Below, piece by piece: positions 22,732-24,000 of a DNA stretch of 24,000 nt. Made by a program: the position numbers and the translations under genes. This DNA is from Brachymonas denitrificans (lineage in GTDB: Bacteria > Pseudomonadota > Gammaproteobacteria > Burkholderiales > Burkholderiaceae_C), in NCBI RefSeq assembly GCF_907163135.1, contig NZ_CAJQUA010000002.1, forward strand, positions 1 through 24,000. The letters are read 5' to 3'. The notes beneath the pieces are model-generated. The model worked only from the letters and a program-made list of their open reading frames with translations, made no database searches and had not been told where the DNA came from. Within the stretch, counting starts at the first letter, position 1. Every line of letters starts with the position of its first letter.

Positions 22732-23427
22732 ATGAACGACATGAACACGATGTACCTGTGTGCCGGGGACAAGGGCGGAACCGGCAAGAGCATGGTGGCA
22801 GCAACGCTCATCGACGCATTCCTGCAACGAGGCATCGAGCCGCTACTGGTCGAAACGGACACGGCGAACCCCGACGTGTTCAAGAGCTATGGTGAGCGCA
22901 TCCAGTGCGCCGCGTTGAGCCTCGACGAAGCGGACGGGTGGATTCAGCTCATCAACACCGTTGACCAAGCGCGCGGGGTTCCGGTCATCGTGAACACCGC
23001 AGCTCGCAGTGGCAGCGGGGTGGCACGGTACGGAGCAACGCTCAAAAGCACGCTGGGGGAACTTGGCCGGAAGCTGGTGACGCTCTGGATCATCAACAGG
23101 CAGCGGGATAGCTTGGAGCTACTCGCGGATTTCTTGGAAGCAATGCCGGTGGGTGCCGACCACCAAGCGCATGTGCTGCGCAACCTGTACTTCGGGGCCG
23201 CTGAAAAGTTCCAGCTCTACAACGGCAGCGACATCAAAAAGCGGATCGAAGAGAGCGGCGGCAAAACGCTGGACTTCCCCGACTTGGCGGATCGCGTCGC
23301 GGATCAACTGGCGACAGATAGGTTGACGATTCAGGGGGCACTCGAAGCCATGCCGCTGGGACACAAGGCAGAGCTGATCCGGTGGAGAAATCAATCCACC
23401 AAGACACTGGCGCAGGTCATGCCATGA
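22732..23427 (+). CDS. TraL/MobD-like ParA/MinD-fold P-loop ATPase
   Basis: Deviant Walker A CAGDKGGTGKSMVAA. LLVETDTANPD resembles RP4 TraL (LQGKGGVGKS...IDTDPVN). Confidence 0.7.
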   Translation: MNDMNTMYLCAGDKGGTGKSMVAATLIDAFLQRGIEPLLVETDTANPDVFKSYGERIQCAALSLDEADGWIQLINTVDQARGVPVIVNTAARSGSGVARYGATLKSTLGELGRKLVTLWIINRQRDSLELLADFLEAMPVGADHQAHVLRNLYFGAAEKFQLYNGSDIKKRIEESGGKTLDFPDLADRVADQLATDRLTIQGALEAMPLGHKAELIRWRNQSTKTLAQVMP

Positions 23428-24000
23428 ACACGCCCGGCCGCCTAGGAATCGTTGACGCCTTCGAGGCGGCTTGGCAGCGCAGGGCCACGCCCGAAGAAGC
23501 AGACCGGCTGCACCGCGTCCAAACCGTTCTGGGCGTCAACGACAACGATGCGATCTTGGTCTTGATGGTCGCGCTGGAACACTACCAAGGGCTGTACAGC
23601 GCGATGCCCGCTCGCATCGAGGAAGCAGCCAGAACAGCCGTGGGGGAAGCAAAGGAGACAGCCCAGCGGGTAGCAAGCACTGCGGCCCAACTCGCGCACG
23701 GCGATCTGGTGGAGCAGCTAGGCGAGGCCGTCAACAAGGTGGCATCAGACAGCGCCCGGAAGCAGCAGTGGAAGGCGCTGGCCATCGGCATAGGAGTAGC
23801 CGCGATCACGATTCTGGTGACGGGGTGGCTCGCGTTTTCTCAGGGGAAAGAAGCAGGCTTTGGCGCAGGATTCAAAGCGGCGCGACATGAAGCTGCGGCG
23901 GCAAGCTGGGCCAACACGCCGCAGGGCCAAATGGCCTACCGCCTCGCACTGGTTGGCAGCTTGGATCAGGTGGCACGCTGCACAGCAGCGGGATGGAAGG
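23424..24000 (+). CDS. TraM/MobE-position gene, predicted membrane protein (3' end beyond the window)
   Basis: Not in the track because there is no stop in the window. Its ATG overlaps the traL-like stop (ATGA). MNTPGRLGIVDAFEAAWQRRATPEE...WKALAIGIGVAAITILVTGWLAF contains a TM segment. Confidence 0.5.
   Translation, partial: MNTPGRLGIVDAFEAAWQRRATPEEADRLHRVQTVLGVNDNDAILVLMVALEHYQGLYSAMPARIEEAARTAVGEAKETAQRVASTAAQLAHGDLVEQLGEAVNKVASDSARKQQWKALAIGIGVAAITILVTGWLAFSQGKEAGFGAGFKAARHEAAAASWANTPQGQMAYRLALVGSLDQVARCTAAGWK

Noticed and set aside
1-24000. CRISPR arrays, tRNA, rRNA or other structured RNA genes
   Set aside because: I noticed no regularly spaced direct repeats, cloverleaf-like segments or rRNA-like conserved blocks on either strand by eye. 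This was not checked with covariance models.

Overview
High-GC, plasmid-like window with three parts.

(1) Left, 1-5734, all on the minus strand: a serine resolvase, a 1084-aa gamma-class N6-adenine methyltransferase of type IIG (MmeI/PglX-like) build, and an edge-truncated PHP-domain + SMC/Rad50-like ATPase. The ATPase is missing from the ORF track because it has no stop codon in the window. This resolvase-linked pair is my best candidate for a defence-type, possibly undescribed, two-component module.

(2) Middle, 5848-17613 (11,766 bp): a composite Tn402/Tn5053-family 'res-hunter' insertion, flanked by a 5-bp duplication (AAAAC) inside the res region of the backbone resolvase.
- Element A (5848-7992) is tni-less and carries vapBC, a linked 183-aa gene and its own resolvase.
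- A 115-bp relic of a previous host follows: a truncated resolvase start plus a 28-bp res-like palindrome.
- A gutted class 1 integron (IRi, intI1 fragment ... IRt) follows. Its interior is replaced by an IS26-bounded segment with low-GC Acinetobacter-type msr(E)-mph(E), a pdif site, a GIY-YIG/TraD-like gene pair, and a pSC101-type tet(C)-tetR(C) block.

(3) Right, 17614-24000: the other half of the split res site, an HTH gene, two small unknown genes coupled to a MobA(TraI-like relaxase)-RepB' primase fusion, a TraJ-like RHH protein, an oriT region with IncP-type nick motifs, and traK/traL/traM-like genes.

No rRNA, tRNA or CRISPR array was seen. All family names come from reading motifs and recalling sequences; no database search was run.
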